Shown: positions 32,725-43,355 of the stretch, piece by piece
Position numbering within the stretch: the first letter of the stretch is position 1
How the letters are laid out: each line of letters starts with the position of its first letter
Origin: Methanobrevibacter sp.
Lineage (GTDB): Archaea; Methanobacteriota; Methanobacteria; Methanobacteriales; Methanobacteriaceae
Length of the DNA: 64,000 bases
Reading direction: 5' to 3'
Assembly: GCA_045628665.1 (NCBI GenBank)
Contig: JAZQPS010000017.1
Coordinates: 106,505 to 170,504 of the forward strand
The notes under the pieces: model-generated
Told to the model about the DNA's origin: nothing
The model's input: only the letters and a program-made list of their open reading frames with translations
Database searches by the model: none
Program-made: the position numbers and the translations under genes

Positions 32725-32816
32725 ATTTATTCTCTTACCTTATTTATTTTTTTTATTTACTATTTTTACTTATTTTTTTACACTATTTCTTAATATAATT
32801 TTATATACTATGTAAT

Positions 32817-32849
32817 GTAAAGTATACTTTACGGTAAAGTTAACTTTAC
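32817..32849. promoter_or_regulatory. Tandem perfect 16-bp palindromic operators
   Basis: GTAAAGTATACTTTAC (32817-32832) and GTAAAGTTAACTTTAC (32834-32849), just downstream of TTTTATATA and upstream of the XRE gene. Confidence 0.8.
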
Positions 32850-32871
32850 ATATTTTTTTGGGGCGATTTCA

Positions 32872-33069
32872 TTGAAAAATAATATTGAAAAACTCAGAAA
32901 AGAAGTTAATATCAGTCAAGTGGATCTTGCTGATGTTTTAGAAGTATCAAGACAAACTATTAGTTCATTGGAGAATGGACGTTATAATCCTTCAATTATT
33001 CTAGCTTTTAAAATAGCAAAATATTTTAACAAAACAATTGAAGAGATTTTTATTTATGAGGAGGAATAA
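32872..33069 (+). CDS. Small XRE/Cro-family HTH regulator
   Basis: SQVDLADVLEVSRQTISSLENGRYNPSIILAFKIA. Confidence 0.9.
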   Translation: MKNNIEKLRKEVNISQVDLADVLEVSRQTISSLENGRYNPSIILAFKIAKYFNKTIEEIFIYEEE

Positions 33070-33072
33070 TCA

Positions 33073-33498
33073 ATGGAAGATTTTCTTAAAAATAAATTTA
33101 AATTTATTAAACTCACTATCACATTAGGTGTTTGTTTTTTATTATAGGTGCATTATTAATTTTATTTAATACACAAATACATGTTGATGAATTTTGGGTA
33201 TCAATGTGTTTTATTTTTGGTGTCCTATGTTTAGTTATTGGTGCTGTTAAATATGTATTATTTAACAATGATAAATATGCAAAAAGTTATAAAATAAATG
33301 AAGAAGATGAAAGGTATATTATTATTAGAGAACGTTCTGCTTATATGGCTTTTACATTTTCAAATGTTGTATTAGCTATTTTAACTGTTTTTTGTTTCAT
33401 TAGGCATGACAATTGTATTTCAAGTAACTGGAGTACTTTTAGCTATTCAATACATTGTATTTTTTATTTTAATTCGTTATTATGATAAAAAAATTTAA
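33073..33498 (+). pseudogene. Membrane protein (DER-motif family, XRE-associated), two frameshifts
   Basis: ATG at 33073 after RBS ggagga is out of frame with the EEDERYIIIRERS core; the last TM (LGMTIVFQV...YYDKKI*) lies in another frame. Confidence 0.65.
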
Positions 33499-33591
33499 AC
33501 TATTATGATTAAATAGTTATTTATTTTAATCATTACTTTAATATGTTAGTTAAATCTAATAATTAATTATAATATTTATTTAGTGATTTAA

Positions 33592-34344
33592 ATGAAAATT
33601 GTTGAAAAGCAAATTAAGGAAATTTTAGAAACAAGATCAGTTCATTTAACTCTCTTAGATCCTGATGAACAAACTCCAGAGGATGCTTTAAAAATCGCTC
33701 AAGCAGCTATTAAAGGAGGAACAGATGGAATAATGATAGGAGGTTCAACTGTTAATTTTGAAGATGTAGAAAATACATGTAAAATCTTATCTGAAAATAT
33801 AGATATACCTATTATTTTATTCCCAGGAAATATTAACTGTGTTAGTAAATATGCTGATGCAATCTTTTTCATGAGTTATTTGAATTCAACTAACCCTTAT
33901 TGGATTATTAATGCACAAGCATTAGGTGCACCAATTGTAAAACAATCTGGAATTGAAGTAATTCCAATGGGATATATGGTAACTGAACCAGGTGGAACTG
34001 TTGGTTGGGTAGGAGATGCAAAACTCGTCCCACATAACAAACCAAAAATCCCTGCAGTTTATGCAATGGCAGCAGAATATTTAGGTATGAGATATTTCTA
34101 TCTTGAAGCAGGTTCTGGTGCTGATAAACCAATCCCTCCAGAAATGATAGCTTACTCTAAAAGAGCTACTGAAGACATGGTTATTGTTGTAGGTGGAGGA
34201 ATTCGTGATGCTAAAGCTGCATACACTGCTGCTAAAGCTGGTGCAGATGTAATTGTTACTGGTACTGTTGTTGAAGAAACTGAAGATGTAACTGCAAAAA
34301 TATTAGAATTAACTGGAGCTATTAAAAAAGCTTCAATGGATTAA
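33592..34344 (+). CDS. Geranylgeranylglyceryl phosphate synthase
   Basis: LTLLDPD, GIMIGGS, LFPGN, YLEAGSGA, VGGGIR. Confidence 0.95.
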   Translation: MKIVEKQIKEILETRSVHLTLLDPDEQTPEDALKIAQAAIKGGTDGIMIGGSTVNFEDVENTCKILSENIDIPIILFPGNINCVSKYADAIFFMSYLNSTNPYWIINAQALGAPIVKQSGIEVIPMGYMVTEPGGTVGWVGDAKLVPHNKPKIPAVYAMAAEYLGMRYFYLEAGSGADKPIPPEMIAYSKRATEDMVIVVGGGIRDAKAAYTAAKAGADVIVTGTVVEETEDVTAKILELTGAIKKASMD

Positions 34345-34414
34345 TATTTTTCAAATACTCTTCCACTTTTTTTATTTTTATTAAAAATCTCTTATTAGTA
34401 TAGGAGATAATCTC

Positions 34415-35470
34415 ATGTTGAATTCGTTATATATTGAAGCTGCACGTAAAAAAATTTCATTAGAGGAAATCGTTCCTGAATTAGATAATGAATCTACTAT
34501 TTTTGATAATTGGAATAACCTCAATATTAAATCTTCATCAGAAGATTTTTCTATTGGTGCTGGTGATGGCAGTTTTAATAAAAAGAAGTTTTTAAATTTT
34601 AATTTTTATGCAATAGCTAGCGAATCATTAATTTTTGATGGTGAGTTAAAAACAATTGAAAAAGCAGAAATTGATACAATTCCTCATTATTCTCATGTTG
34701 ATGATTTACTTAGGACATATATGGGGATTTTTGAACTTAAATCTTGTTTAGAAACTTTAGAAGATTATAAAGTTGATTATTATTTATATGATGGATCTTT
34801 ATTTGGAGATTTAATTAGACCATTTCCAAATAGAGCAAATCTAACAAAGGATAAACGTCAAGAATTAATTGATCTTATTTTTGATGATTTAAATAATGAA
34901 ATTTCTTTTTCAAAAGAACAGTTATTAACTCCTATGTTAATGAAGAGATATTTCGTTTCAAATATACCTACTTTTGATTATTCTATATTTTTAGCAAATA
35001 TTGAGAAATTATTACTTTTAAATAAGATTTTACAATATAATAAAAAAATTATATCTATATCAAAAACTTCTACTAATAATGAAATATTTGAAAGTACGGT
35101 TCCAGATATAGCTATTTTTGATAAATATACCAAATTTGAAGGTATATCTAAATTACTCTATAAAGAAGTATCTGATGAAACAAAACATATATTTCCGATT
35201 TGTAATGAATTCTTTAAAAATTTAGAATTCACTATTTTTTATTTACGCTTAGATTATGGAAAAAATATATTAAAAATTGAACTTCCATATAAAGCAACTA
35301 TTAATGAAGTATACGATATTTGTGAAAAATTAAAGAAATATTCCACAGAAGGATATCCTTATTTACTTAAAAAAGCTCATAAAGATGTTGTTATTTCAAA
35401 TAGAAATATTGGTGAGTTAGTTAATATTGTTAATGTACATGCTAAATCAGGAAGGGAGATGTTAAGATGA
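34415..35470 (+). CDS. nurA: DNA double-strand break repair nuclease NurA
   Basis: GAGDGS, YDGSL, ISKTS, GYPYLLKKAHKDVVI; overlaps herA. Confidence 0.9.
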   Translation: MLNSLYIEAARKKISLEEIVPELDNESTIFDNWNNLNIKSSSEDFSIGAGDGSFNKKKFLNFNFYAIASESLIFDGELKTIEKAEIDTIPHYSHVDDLLRTYMGIFELKSCLETLEDYKVDYYLYDGSLFGDLIRPFPNRANLTKDKRQELIDLIFDDLNNEISFSKEQLLTPMLMKRYFVSNIPTFDYSIFLANIEKLLLLNKILQYNKKIISISKTSTNNEIFESTVPDIAIFDKYTKFEGISKLLYKEVSDETKHIFPICNEFFKNLEFTIFYLRLDYGKNILKIELPYKATINEVYDICEKLKKYSTEGYPYLLKKAHKDVVISNRNIGELVNIVNVHAKSGREMLR

Positions 35471-36978
35471 TTATTGGACGTTGTATTGGTGAAACATCAC
35501 TTGTAGAAGTAACTTTTATTTCAAATGAAATGCCTAAAGTAGGTGAATATGTATGTTTAAGATATGATGATAGAACTATTTTAGGAATGATAGAAACTAT
35601 GGCTAGGGGAAATGTTGCATTAAATGGTGAAATTTATTCTCCTGAAACTGTAGAAATGATTACTAAAATTGAAGGTGATGAATATTATATTAAAGGTAAA
35701 GTTAGAATCTTAGGGGATATTGATGATAATCTTAAATTACCAAGAACTCCAGCACCTCCAGGTACTCCTATTGAATTAGCTGATGAAATTATACTAAATA
35801 AAGTCTTTAAAGTAGGAAATCCTCTTAAAATCGGTACTTTAATTAATCAAGAAGATGTTGAAGTAAATATTAATGCTAATAGTTTCTTAAATCGTCATTT
35901 AGCTATATTGGCGATGACTGGTGCAGGTAAATCTAATACTGTTGCTGTTTTAATTGATGGACTTTTAGATTACAATGTTCCTATATTTATTTTTGATATG
36001 CATGGTGAATATGTGTCTGCAGAATTTACTAATGGTGATGTAAATGTTATTAGGCCTAAAATAAATCCAATTTACATGTCTTTTTCTGAAATTAAAGGTT
36101 TGGCTCATATTGGATCTAATGCTCATCTTCAAGAAAGATATTTCAGAAAAGCATTTAAAGAAGCTTTATCTATAATTAGAGAAGGAACTGAAAATACAAA
36201 TAATTTTTTAGATTTAATTTACTCTATTTTAGAAAATAAATATAATAATGAGGAATTACTTGCAAATGAAAAGAATAAAATTTTAGATGTAATGAATAAA
36301 GTAGAAGATTTACAAGAAAAATATTCAAATTTATTTGATATAAACAAAGGAAATATCTTAAATGATATTCAAATGGAAAAAGCAAATGTATTGGATTTAT
36401 CACAAACCGATGAATTTGTAGCTGAAGTTATTGTAAGTCATATTTTAAGGAATTCTTTACAATATCGTAAAAATGCGGTTCATAAAGTAGAAAATAAAAC
36501 ATTAGATTTTCCAGTATTCTTTGTTTTAGAAGAAGCACATATTTTAGCTCCTAATAAAAGAGATAATGCTTCTAAAAAATGGATTCAAAGAATAGCTCGT
36601 GAAGGACGTAAATTTGGTTTAGGATTATGTTTAGTATCTCAATCTCCAAAAACAGTTGACCATGATGCATTATCTCAAATGAATAATATGATTATTTTAA
36701 GGTTAGTTGAACCTGAAGATCAAAGGCATGTTCAGTCTGCATCTGAAAGTTTATCTGAAGACTTAGTAAAACAACTCCCATCATTAAATGTAGGTGAAGC
36801 TATTGTTTTAGGGCTAATGACTAAAGTTCCTACTCTTGTTAAAATAGATGAGTTTAAAGGTAGGAGACATGGTGGAGATATTGATATTATTGGTGAATTA
36901 TCAAAATATCAAGATAAAGAAGATGAAGAACTTAAAAAACAAGAAGAAGTAAGTTCTAATTTAGGTTTATATTATTAA
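35467..36978 (+). CDS. herA: Bipolar DNA helicase HerA
   Basis: HAS barrel, RHLAILAMTGAGKS, LEEAH, AREGRKFG, SQSP. Confidence 0.95.
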   Translation: MIIGRCIGETSLVEVTFISNEMPKVGEYVCLRYDDRTILGMIETMARGNVALNGEIYSPETVEMITKIEGDEYYIKGKVRILGDIDDNLKLPRTPAPPGTPIELADEIILNKVFKVGNPLKIGTLINQEDVEVNINANSFLNRHLAILAMTGAGKSNTVAVLIDGLLDYNVPIFIFDMHGEYVSAEFTNGDVNVIRPKINPIYMSFSEIKGLAHIGSNAHLQERYFRKAFKEALSIIREGTENTNNFLDLIYSILENKYNNEELLANEKNKILDVMNKVEDLQEKYSNLFDINKGNILNDIQMEKANVLDLSQTDEFVAEVIVSHILRNSLQYRKNAVHKVENKTLDFPVFFVLEEAHILAPNKRDNASKKWIQRIAREGRKFGLGLCLVSQSPKTVDHDALSQMNNMIILRLVEPEDQRHVQSASESLSEDLVKQLPSLNVGEAIVLGLMTKVPTLVKIDEFKGRRHGGDIDIIGELSKYQDKEDEELKKQEEVSSNLGLYY

Positions 36979-37003
36979 AAAGGAGTTTTTTAACTTCTTT
37001 TTT
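36977..37003 (+). terminator. Stem-loop + T-tract after herA
   Basis: aaaaaggagtt-ttt-aacttcttttttt. Confidence 0.55.
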
Positions 37004-37148
37004 CATTTAGTTCTATATAAAAACTAAATGAATTTTTCCTATTTTTTCAATTTAAATAATATTTAAATAAAATCTTTAACATAGTATTAATATAATAATT
37101 TTATACTTTTTAAGTGTCAATTTATTATAAAATTTACGAGTTGGTATA

Positions 37149-38390
37149 ATGAAATTTGCACATATTGCAGATACTCATTTAGGTTATAGACAATTCGGTC
37201 TCATTAATCGTGAAAATGACTTTTATGAAGTATTTGATAAAATTATAGATAAAATAATAGAGGAAAAAGTTGATTTTGTCATCCATAGTGGTGACTTATT
37301 TGAAACTGCTAGACCAACCCCACAATCTCTTTTGGTCTTTCAGAAAGCTTTGTTACGATTAAAAGGTGCTGGAATTACTATGTATGTAATTGCAGGTAAT
37401 CATGATACTGTATTACGTAATGGTGCTATCCCACCGCAAGTTATTTTTAAAAAATTAGGTCTTAAAGTTATCAGTACAATTAATACGGAATATGTACATG
37501 GTGATATTCATATTATGGGACTTCCATCTTTCCCTAAATCTCAGATGAAAGATTTTAAAAATAAACTTAAAAATATATCTAAAAAAGCAGATAATTATGA
37601 AAAATCAGTTTTAGTTTTACATCAAGGTATTGATAAATATTTACCTTTCCAGTATGAACTTGAAATTGGTGATATTCCAGATAATTTTAATTATTATGCT
37701 TTTGGTCATATTCATAATTATATTAATGATGAATTTGGTAAAGGTTATTTGGTTTATCCTGGTTCTACTGAAATATGGAAAACAAATGAATTGATTGATG
37801 CTAATAAAAATGGTAAAGGTTTTGTTATAGTTGATATGGATGGTGAAAAACCTGTCATTAAGAGAGTTGCCATTGATAGTCCTAGAAAATTTATTAATAA
37901 AACTGTAGATATTAAAGATTTATCAAAAGTATTAGCTGAACTCAAAAAAGAAATTAAATATTTCGATAAGGAACCCGTTGTTAATTTAAATGTTATTAAT
38001 ATTGAAGGAGATTCAGGTGAAATCCATGAATTGATTATTGAAGAATTAGAAGATTTTTGTTTAATCATTCGAACTAGATTTAATTTTGAAGAAGATTTTG
38101 ATATTATGGAACTTGGTTCTGATTCTGGTATTGAAATCACTGAATTAATTAAAGAGAATTTAGAAAAATACGAAGATGAAACTATTACTAATTTAGCTAT
38201 TGATATTTATCAAAATCTATCAAAAAATCAGAATGAAACAGCTGAAGAAGTAATTAATCAATTTTATGAAGATTACTACGAAGTTGATATAAAAGATATG
38301 GATGTTACTGATGAGTCAACATCAGATGAACTTAAAGAAGATGCTGATGTATCTTTAGATAATTTCACCAATAAAGAGGAGGAGATTTAA
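37149..38390 (+). CDS. mre11: Mre11 nuclease
   Basis: ADTHLG, SGDLF, GNHD, FGHIH, YPGS. Confidence 0.95.
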   Translation: MKFAHIADTHLGYRQFGLINRENDFYEVFDKIIDKIIEEKVDFVIHSGDLFETARPTPQSLLVFQKALLRLKGAGITMYVIAGNHDTVLRNGAIPPQVIFKKLGLKVISTINTEYVHGDIHIMGLPSFPKSQMKDFKNKLKNISKKADNYEKSVLVLHQGIDKYLPFQYELEIGDIPDNFNYYAFGHIHNYINDEFGKGYLVYPGSTEIWKTNELIDANKNGKGFVIVDMDGEKPVIKRVAIDSPRKFINKTVDIKDLSKVLAELKKEIKYFDKEPVVNLNVINIEGDSGEIHELIIEELEDFCLIIRTRFNFEEDFDIMELGSDSGIEITELIKENLEKYEDETITNLAIDIYQNLSKNQNETAEEVINQFYEDYYEVDIKDMDVTDESTSDELKEDADVSLDNFTNKEEEI

Positions 38391-41140
38391 TGATTTTTAA
38401 TAAATTAACTTTGAATAACTTTAAATCTTATAGTAATGCTGAAATCAGATTTGATAAAGGAATCACAGTAATTGTTGGTGAAAATGGTGCTGGAAAATCA
38501 ACTATTTTTGAAGCAATTAGTTTTGCATTATTTAAAGAACATGCTGCTGGAAAATTAGCTGATTTAGTTAGAAATAATTCTAATGATAAAATGTCAGTTG
38601 AATTAGAGTTTACTGCAGCCGGTAATGTATTTAAAGTAATTCGTGAAAAAGCAAATTCTGTAAAATCAACATTACTTAAAAAATCTAAAGATAATAATTT
38701 ATTTATTCCTATGTGTGTAGGTGAGAAAGAAGTTGCAAATGAAATTGAATCTATTTTAAATTTAGATAAAAAATTATTCTTAAATGCAATCTATGTAAGA
38801 CAAGGAGAAATAGCTCAATTAGTAGATAAATCTCCTGCTGAAAAGAAAAAATTAGTTGGAAAACTTTTAGGGCTTGATTTTTTAGAAAAAGCTTGGACAG
38901 ATTTAGCTCCTCAAATTTCTGCTTATGAAAATATGAAATCTGAAGTAAAAGGATATTTGACAAACGAGGATGAGGTTAAAGATAGATATGACCGTAAAAC
39001 TGAAAAAGCTGATGAATTAAGAAGTAGAGGTAAAGAGCTAGAAAAAAAACTTGAAGAGATTAAAAAGAAAAAAGAATCTATTAAATTAGATTTAATTAAT
39101 AAAGAACGTGAAAAAAAAATTCACGAAAAATTTGTTAGTGATTTACAACTTCAAGAAAACAATGCTAATTTAATTAAAGAACAGATTAAAAATATAGATG
39201 AAAAACTTAGTGAAATTAATGAAGCTAAGGATAAATTAGAAAATCTTCGTATTTATGCTGCTAAAATACCTATGTATGAACAATTTGAAAGAAATATTGA
39301 AAAAATACAAAATTTAAGAAAAGAAGCTAATATGTATAATTCTCAATTAGAATCTATATTAACTCAAGAAGATATTCTTTCTAAAAATGAAATAGATAAA
39401 ATTGATTATCTTAATTTTTCAGAAGAACTTGAACAATTAAAAGAAGAGAAAGTAGAAATTGAGAAAAAATTAGCAGTTGTTAAGCAATTAATTTCTGAAA
39501 ATAAAGAGTTAAATGGAAAAATTTCTTATTTAAAAAATAATGTAGATACTTTTTTAGCTAAAAGAAAAGAAGAATTAATTTCCGAAGGGGTTAATTCTAA
39601 TCGTTTATCTAATGCAAATGATATTGATAAATTAATAGAATTAATTGATCAACATATTAATAAGATTAAAGAAACTATAGATTTAGCAAATAAAAAGATA
39701 TCTTCTAAAAAAGAAGCAAAAGCTAAACAAATGCATATTCTTGAAGAAAGTCAACGTAATCTTGATGAATTGTTGAAAAACGTAGGTAGTTACTGTCCAT
39801 TTTGTCAATCTAAGATACCTCCTAATAGAAAAATAGATTTAGCTGACCTCTTTAAAAAACAGATCAAAGCTGCTAAAAAAAAGATTCAGTTACTTGAAAG
39901 TGAAATTAAAGAGTTAAATCAAAAGAAAGATAAATTAAATCTTAAATTAACTACTTTTGAATCTATTTCTAGAAATGTTCTTGAATTTATGCAGGAATCA
40001 AAATCTTTAAACGTTTATTTAAATAAAGTTAAAGAAAACGAAGAAAAGATTAGAGATAGTGGTGTTAATGATGACGTGCTTGGTCAAATTATTTTAAAAA
40101 TCCAAGGAGTAGAAAATAAAATAGAATCTTTACAAGATGCATATGATGCTTATATGAATGCTATTGCATTATTAAAAGTTCTACCAGATAAAAGAGAGAT
40201 TCAAGAAAAATTAAATGAGGTTAATAGACAAATAATATTTGTTACTGAATCTATGCAAAAAGCTATTGATGCAGATCCTTTTTTAACTATTGATATTAAT
40301 CATGAAGATTTAACAACTAAAATCAATGATTTAAAAGCTAAGGAAACTGAATATAATCAAATTTTAGGAATAATTAAAGATTTAGATAATATTCAAGCTC
40401 ACCGTGTTGAATTGAAACAACAACTTAATATGAATCTTGATAAGATTGAATCTCTTAAAAACAATATCTCTGAATGTAATTATGATGAAGAGAAACATAT
40501 GGAATTGAAAACTACTTCTGAGGGTTTTGAAACCGAATATAATGAAGTATATGCTGAATTACACGGAATAAAAGAGCAAGGTAAGGAAATTAAACCTGAA
40601 TTGACTGAATTAGAAAAACAACTTAAATTCTATAAAGTTAAACATCAAGAACATGATAATTTAAGTGATTATATTCATTTATTATCTGTTTTCAGGGATT
40701 TATACAGTAAAAATGGTATTCAAAGAGATTTAAGAAACCGTTCTAGACCTTTAATTCAAAAATACACTAAAAATTTCTTCTCCCAATTTAATTTCGATTA
40801 TTCTGATTTAATAATGGATGAAGATTATAATATTACAGTATTTGGACCTGAAGGTGAATCTACTTTAGATATGGTTAGTGGTGGAGAAAAAATAGCTATA
40901 GCTTTATCTTTACGTTTAGGAATTACTCAAGCTTTAAGTAGAGGAAGTTCTGATACTATTCTTTTAGATGAACCTACTATCTTTTTAGATAGTGCTAGAA
41001 GACATGAGTTAATTAATTTAATAAAAGAGATGACTTTATTACCTCAAATGATTATTGTAACTCATGAACCTCAACTTGAATCTGCTGCTGATAATTTGAT
41101 AAAAGTAGAAAAAGTGAATGGAATTTCAAAAATAAATTAA
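38390..41140 (+). CDS. rad50: Rad50 ATPase
   Basis: GENGAGKS, Q-loop RQGEI, coiled coils with CPFC zinc hook, VSGGE, LLDEP. Confidence 0.96.
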   Translation: MIFNKLTLNNFKSYSNAEIRFDKGITVIVGENGAGKSTIFEAISFALFKEHAAGKLADLVRNNSNDKMSVELEFTAAGNVFKVIREKANSVKSTLLKKSKDNNLFIPMCVGEKEVANEIESILNLDKKLFLNAIYVRQGEIAQLVDKSPAEKKKLVGKLLGLDFLEKAWTDLAPQISAYENMKSEVKGYLTNEDEVKDRYDRKTEKADELRSRGKELEKKLEEIKKKKESIKLDLINKEREKKIHEKFVSDLQLQENNANLIKEQIKNIDEKLSEINEAKDKLENLRIYAAKIPMYEQFERNIEKIQNLRKEANMYNSQLESILTQEDILSKNEIDKIDYLNFSEELEQLKEEKVEIEKKLAVVKQLISENKELNGKISYLKNNVDTFLAKRKEELISEGVNSNRLSNANDIDKLIELIDQHINKIKETIDLANKKISSKKEAKAKQMHILEESQRNLDELLKNVGSYCPFCQSKIPPNRKIDLADLFKKQIKAAKKKIQLLESEIKELNQKKDKLNLKLTTFESISRNVLEFMQESKSLNVYLNKVKENEEKIRDSGVNDDVLGQIILKIQGVENKIESLQDAYDAYMNAIALLKVLPDKREIQEKLNEVNRQIIFVTESMQKAIDADPFLTIDINHEDLTTKINDLKAKETEYNQILGIIKDLDNIQAHRVELKQQLNMNLDKIESLKNNISECNYDEEKHMELKTTSEGFETEYNEVYAELHGIKEQGKEIKPELTELEKQLKFYKVKHQEHDNLSDYIHLLSVFRDLYSKNGIQRDLRNRSRPLIQKYTKNFFSQFNFDYSDLIMDEDYNITVFGPEGESTLDMVSGGEKIAIALSLRLGITQALSRGSSDTILLDEPTIFLDSARRHELINLIKEMTLLPQMIIVTHEPQLESAADNLIKVEKVNGISKIN

Positions 41141-41544
41141 TCGCAATAAGAGCTACATTCTTTAATTGAGCTGAGAATAGAATCAATTATGCAATTTGCA
41201 TTCCAGCCAACTACAGATGTGGCTTTTTTTTCTAATTTTTCTGGTACTTCTTCTAAACCATATGGTCTTACAAGTACTACTGGAACTTCATATTTTTCAC
41301 TAGCTTCAAGTAAATCTTCAAATAATTCTTTATTTTTTTCATATAATCCTGCTAGTAATATTATGCAATCTACATTTCCATAAAATTCTTCTCCAACGAG
41401 TTTATATGATCCTGAAATTGATTCTTTCCATAAAAAATTAGTTTTCATATATAATTTATTTACAAATTCTCCATATTCGTTATTTGTATCATAACCATTA
41501 GAAATTATTAAATTATAAATTTTGTTGGTTTCTTCTTCAAACAT
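41137..41544 (-). CDS. MTH538-like TIR-fold protein (DUF1863/ThsB-related)
   Basis: IILLAGLY, VRPYGLEEVP and VVGWNANCIIDSI resemble M. thermautotrophicus MTH538 as I recall it. Confidence 0.75.
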   Translation of the reverse strand: MFEEETNKIYNLIISNGYDTNNEYGEFVNKLYMKTNFLWKESISGSYKLVGEEFYGNVDCIILLAGLYEKNKELFEDLLEASEKYEVPVVLVRPYGLEEVPEKLEKKATSVVGWNANCIIDSILSSIKECSSYCD

Positions 41545-41667
41545 TTTATCTCACCTTTTATAATCCTTTTTTTCTTATATTATATAATCATATCTTTAAT
41601 CCTTTTTTAAAGTTAAATTTATAAATAATATCAATCAAATAATTAAATAATAATTTGGAGGTAAAGT

Positions 41668-42519
41668 ATGAAAGCAGTTATTCCAGCAGCAGGTTTTGGA
41701 ACTAGATTTTTACCTGCTACTAAAGCACAACCAAAAGAGATGTTACCGGTTTTTGATAAACCGACTATTCAATATGTTATTGAAGAGGCTGTAGCTAGTG
41801 GAATTGATGATATTTTAATTGTTACAGGAAAAAATAAACGTTCTATTGAAGATCACTTTGATAAATCATTCGAACTTGAATATACCTTAGAAACTACAGG
41901 TAAAGATAGTTATTTAAAAACAGTTCGTGATATCACTGATTTAGCAGATATTTGTTATGTACGTCAAAAAGATCAAAAAGGTTTAGGAGATGCAATTTAC
42001 TGTGCTAAAAAACATGTTGGTGATGAACCTTTTGCTGTAATGTTAGGAGATTCAATAACTAAAGGACCTTCTCCATGTACAAAACAATTAATTGATATTT
42101 ATAATAAATACGAAGCATCTGCAATTTCTCTTGAAGCAGTTCCTGAAAATAAAGTAGAAAGATATGGTATTATTGATGGAATTGAAGTTGAATCTAATGT
42201 TTATAAAATTAATAACTTAGTTGAAAAACCATCTGTGGCTGAAGCACCTTCAAATTTAGCTATTATGGGTCGTTATGTTTTAACTCCTGATATTTTTGAT
42301 AAAATTAAAGATACTAAACCAGGTGTTGGTGGAGAAATTCAATTAACCGACGCATTAAATGATTTAGATGTCATTTATGGAAATACTTTTGAAGGAAAAA
42401 CTTATGATATTGGTAATCGTCTTGATTGGCTTAAAACTTCAATAGAATTTGCTATGGATGATAATGAATCAAGAGATGATCTTATTCAATTCATGAAAGA
42501 AGTGACTAATGGAGTTTAA
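41668..42519 (+). CDS. galU: UTP-glucose-1-phosphate uridylyltransferase
   Basis: PAAGFGTRFLPATKAQPKEMLP, GLGDA, LVEKP, GEIQLTDA. Confidence 0.95.
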   Translation: MKAVIPAAGFGTRFLPATKAQPKEMLPVFDKPTIQYVIEEAVASGIDDILIVTGKNKRSIEDHFDKSFELEYTLETTGKDSYLKTVRDITDLADICYVRQKDQKGLGDAIYCAKKHVGDEPFAVMLGDSITKGPSPCTKQLIDIYNKYEASAISLEAVPENKVERYGIIDGIEVESNVYKINNLVEKPSVAEAPSNLAIMGRYVLTPDIFDKIKDTKPGVGGEIQLTDALNDLDVIYGNTFEGKTYDIGNRLDWLKTSIEFAMDDNESRDDLIQFMKEVTNGV

Positions 42520-42626
42520 TTTTAAACTATATCTTTTTTTATTTTATTTACTTTTATAGTAAACTTTTTTAACTTATTTTTAAGCTATTTTAACTATTCT
42601 ATTATAATATAATGTCTATTTTTTAT

Positions 42627-42850
42627 TTTCCAATGAAAACTTTCGTTTGAAAGAGAAAATTTATATGATTTTAAATCATTATATTTATAAACATTTTAAA
42701 ATTAATTATTTTATTTAATAAAGCTTTAATTATTCTTTTTTAACAAAATTTAATCTTAATATTCTTTTTTATATTTATTTTTAAGATTCTAGAAATTAAA
42801 TACGATGGTTTTATATACTATGGTCAATATAATTACTTTCACAGGAAAGT
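42627..42850. promoter_or_regulatory. Three TTTC-N4-GAAA inverted repeats (candidate MarR operators)
   Basis: tttccaatgaaa 42627-42638, ctttcgtttgaaag 42640-42653, actttcacaggaaagt 42835-42850 (downstream of the TATA box at ~42809-42817). Confidence 0.55.
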
Positions 42851-42865
42851 CTATTGTTGATAAAT

Positions 42866-43339
42866 ATGAATCGTACAATTAAAAAACATGTAAGTGAACT
42901 TGAAAACACAGAAGTACTTGAAAGCCCTTTAGGATTTTTAATTCAAAATGTTTCAAAGGATTATATCTCCTATTTAGGGGATTTTCTTGGAAAAATTCAT
43001 CTTTCACCTTCAAAAATTTATTATTTATTAGCATTATCAGAAAATAATCATGTTTCTCAGGAATATTTAGCTAGTGTATTAAATATGTCTGAAGGAACAG
43101 TAACTAAATTGACTTATCGGTTAGAAAAATTAAATCTCATTGAAAGGGAAGTAGATTTGACTGATAAACGTAAAAAGCTAGTCACAATAACATCTGAAGG
43201 TGAACAAATCGTAGATGAGTTTCACACAGTTATTAAAGGCTTTGAAAATGAACTTCGGAAAGATTTTACTGAAGAAGAATTATTAATCTTAAGAATATTG
43301 CTCAAAAAAATGTCTTCAGTATTGTCTAAAGAAGATTAA
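42866..43339 (+). CDS. MarR family regulator
   Basis: SQEYLA..MSEGTVTKL..LEK.NLIER..D.TDKRKKLV.IT.EG. Confidence 0.9.
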   Translation: MNRTIKKHVSELENTEVLESPLGFLIQNVSKDYISYLGDFLGKIHLSPSKIYYLLALSENNHVSQEYLASVLNMSEGTVTKLTYRLEKLNLIEREVDLTDKRKKLVTITSEGEQIVDEFHTVIKGFENELRKDFTEEELLILRILLKKMSSVLSKED

Positions 43340-43355
43340 ACACGGAGATGATAAA

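Noticed and set aside
34415-41140. HerA/nuclease cluster as a novel defence system
   Set aside because: It is the canonical archaeal nurA-herA-mre11-rad50 end-resection cluster.
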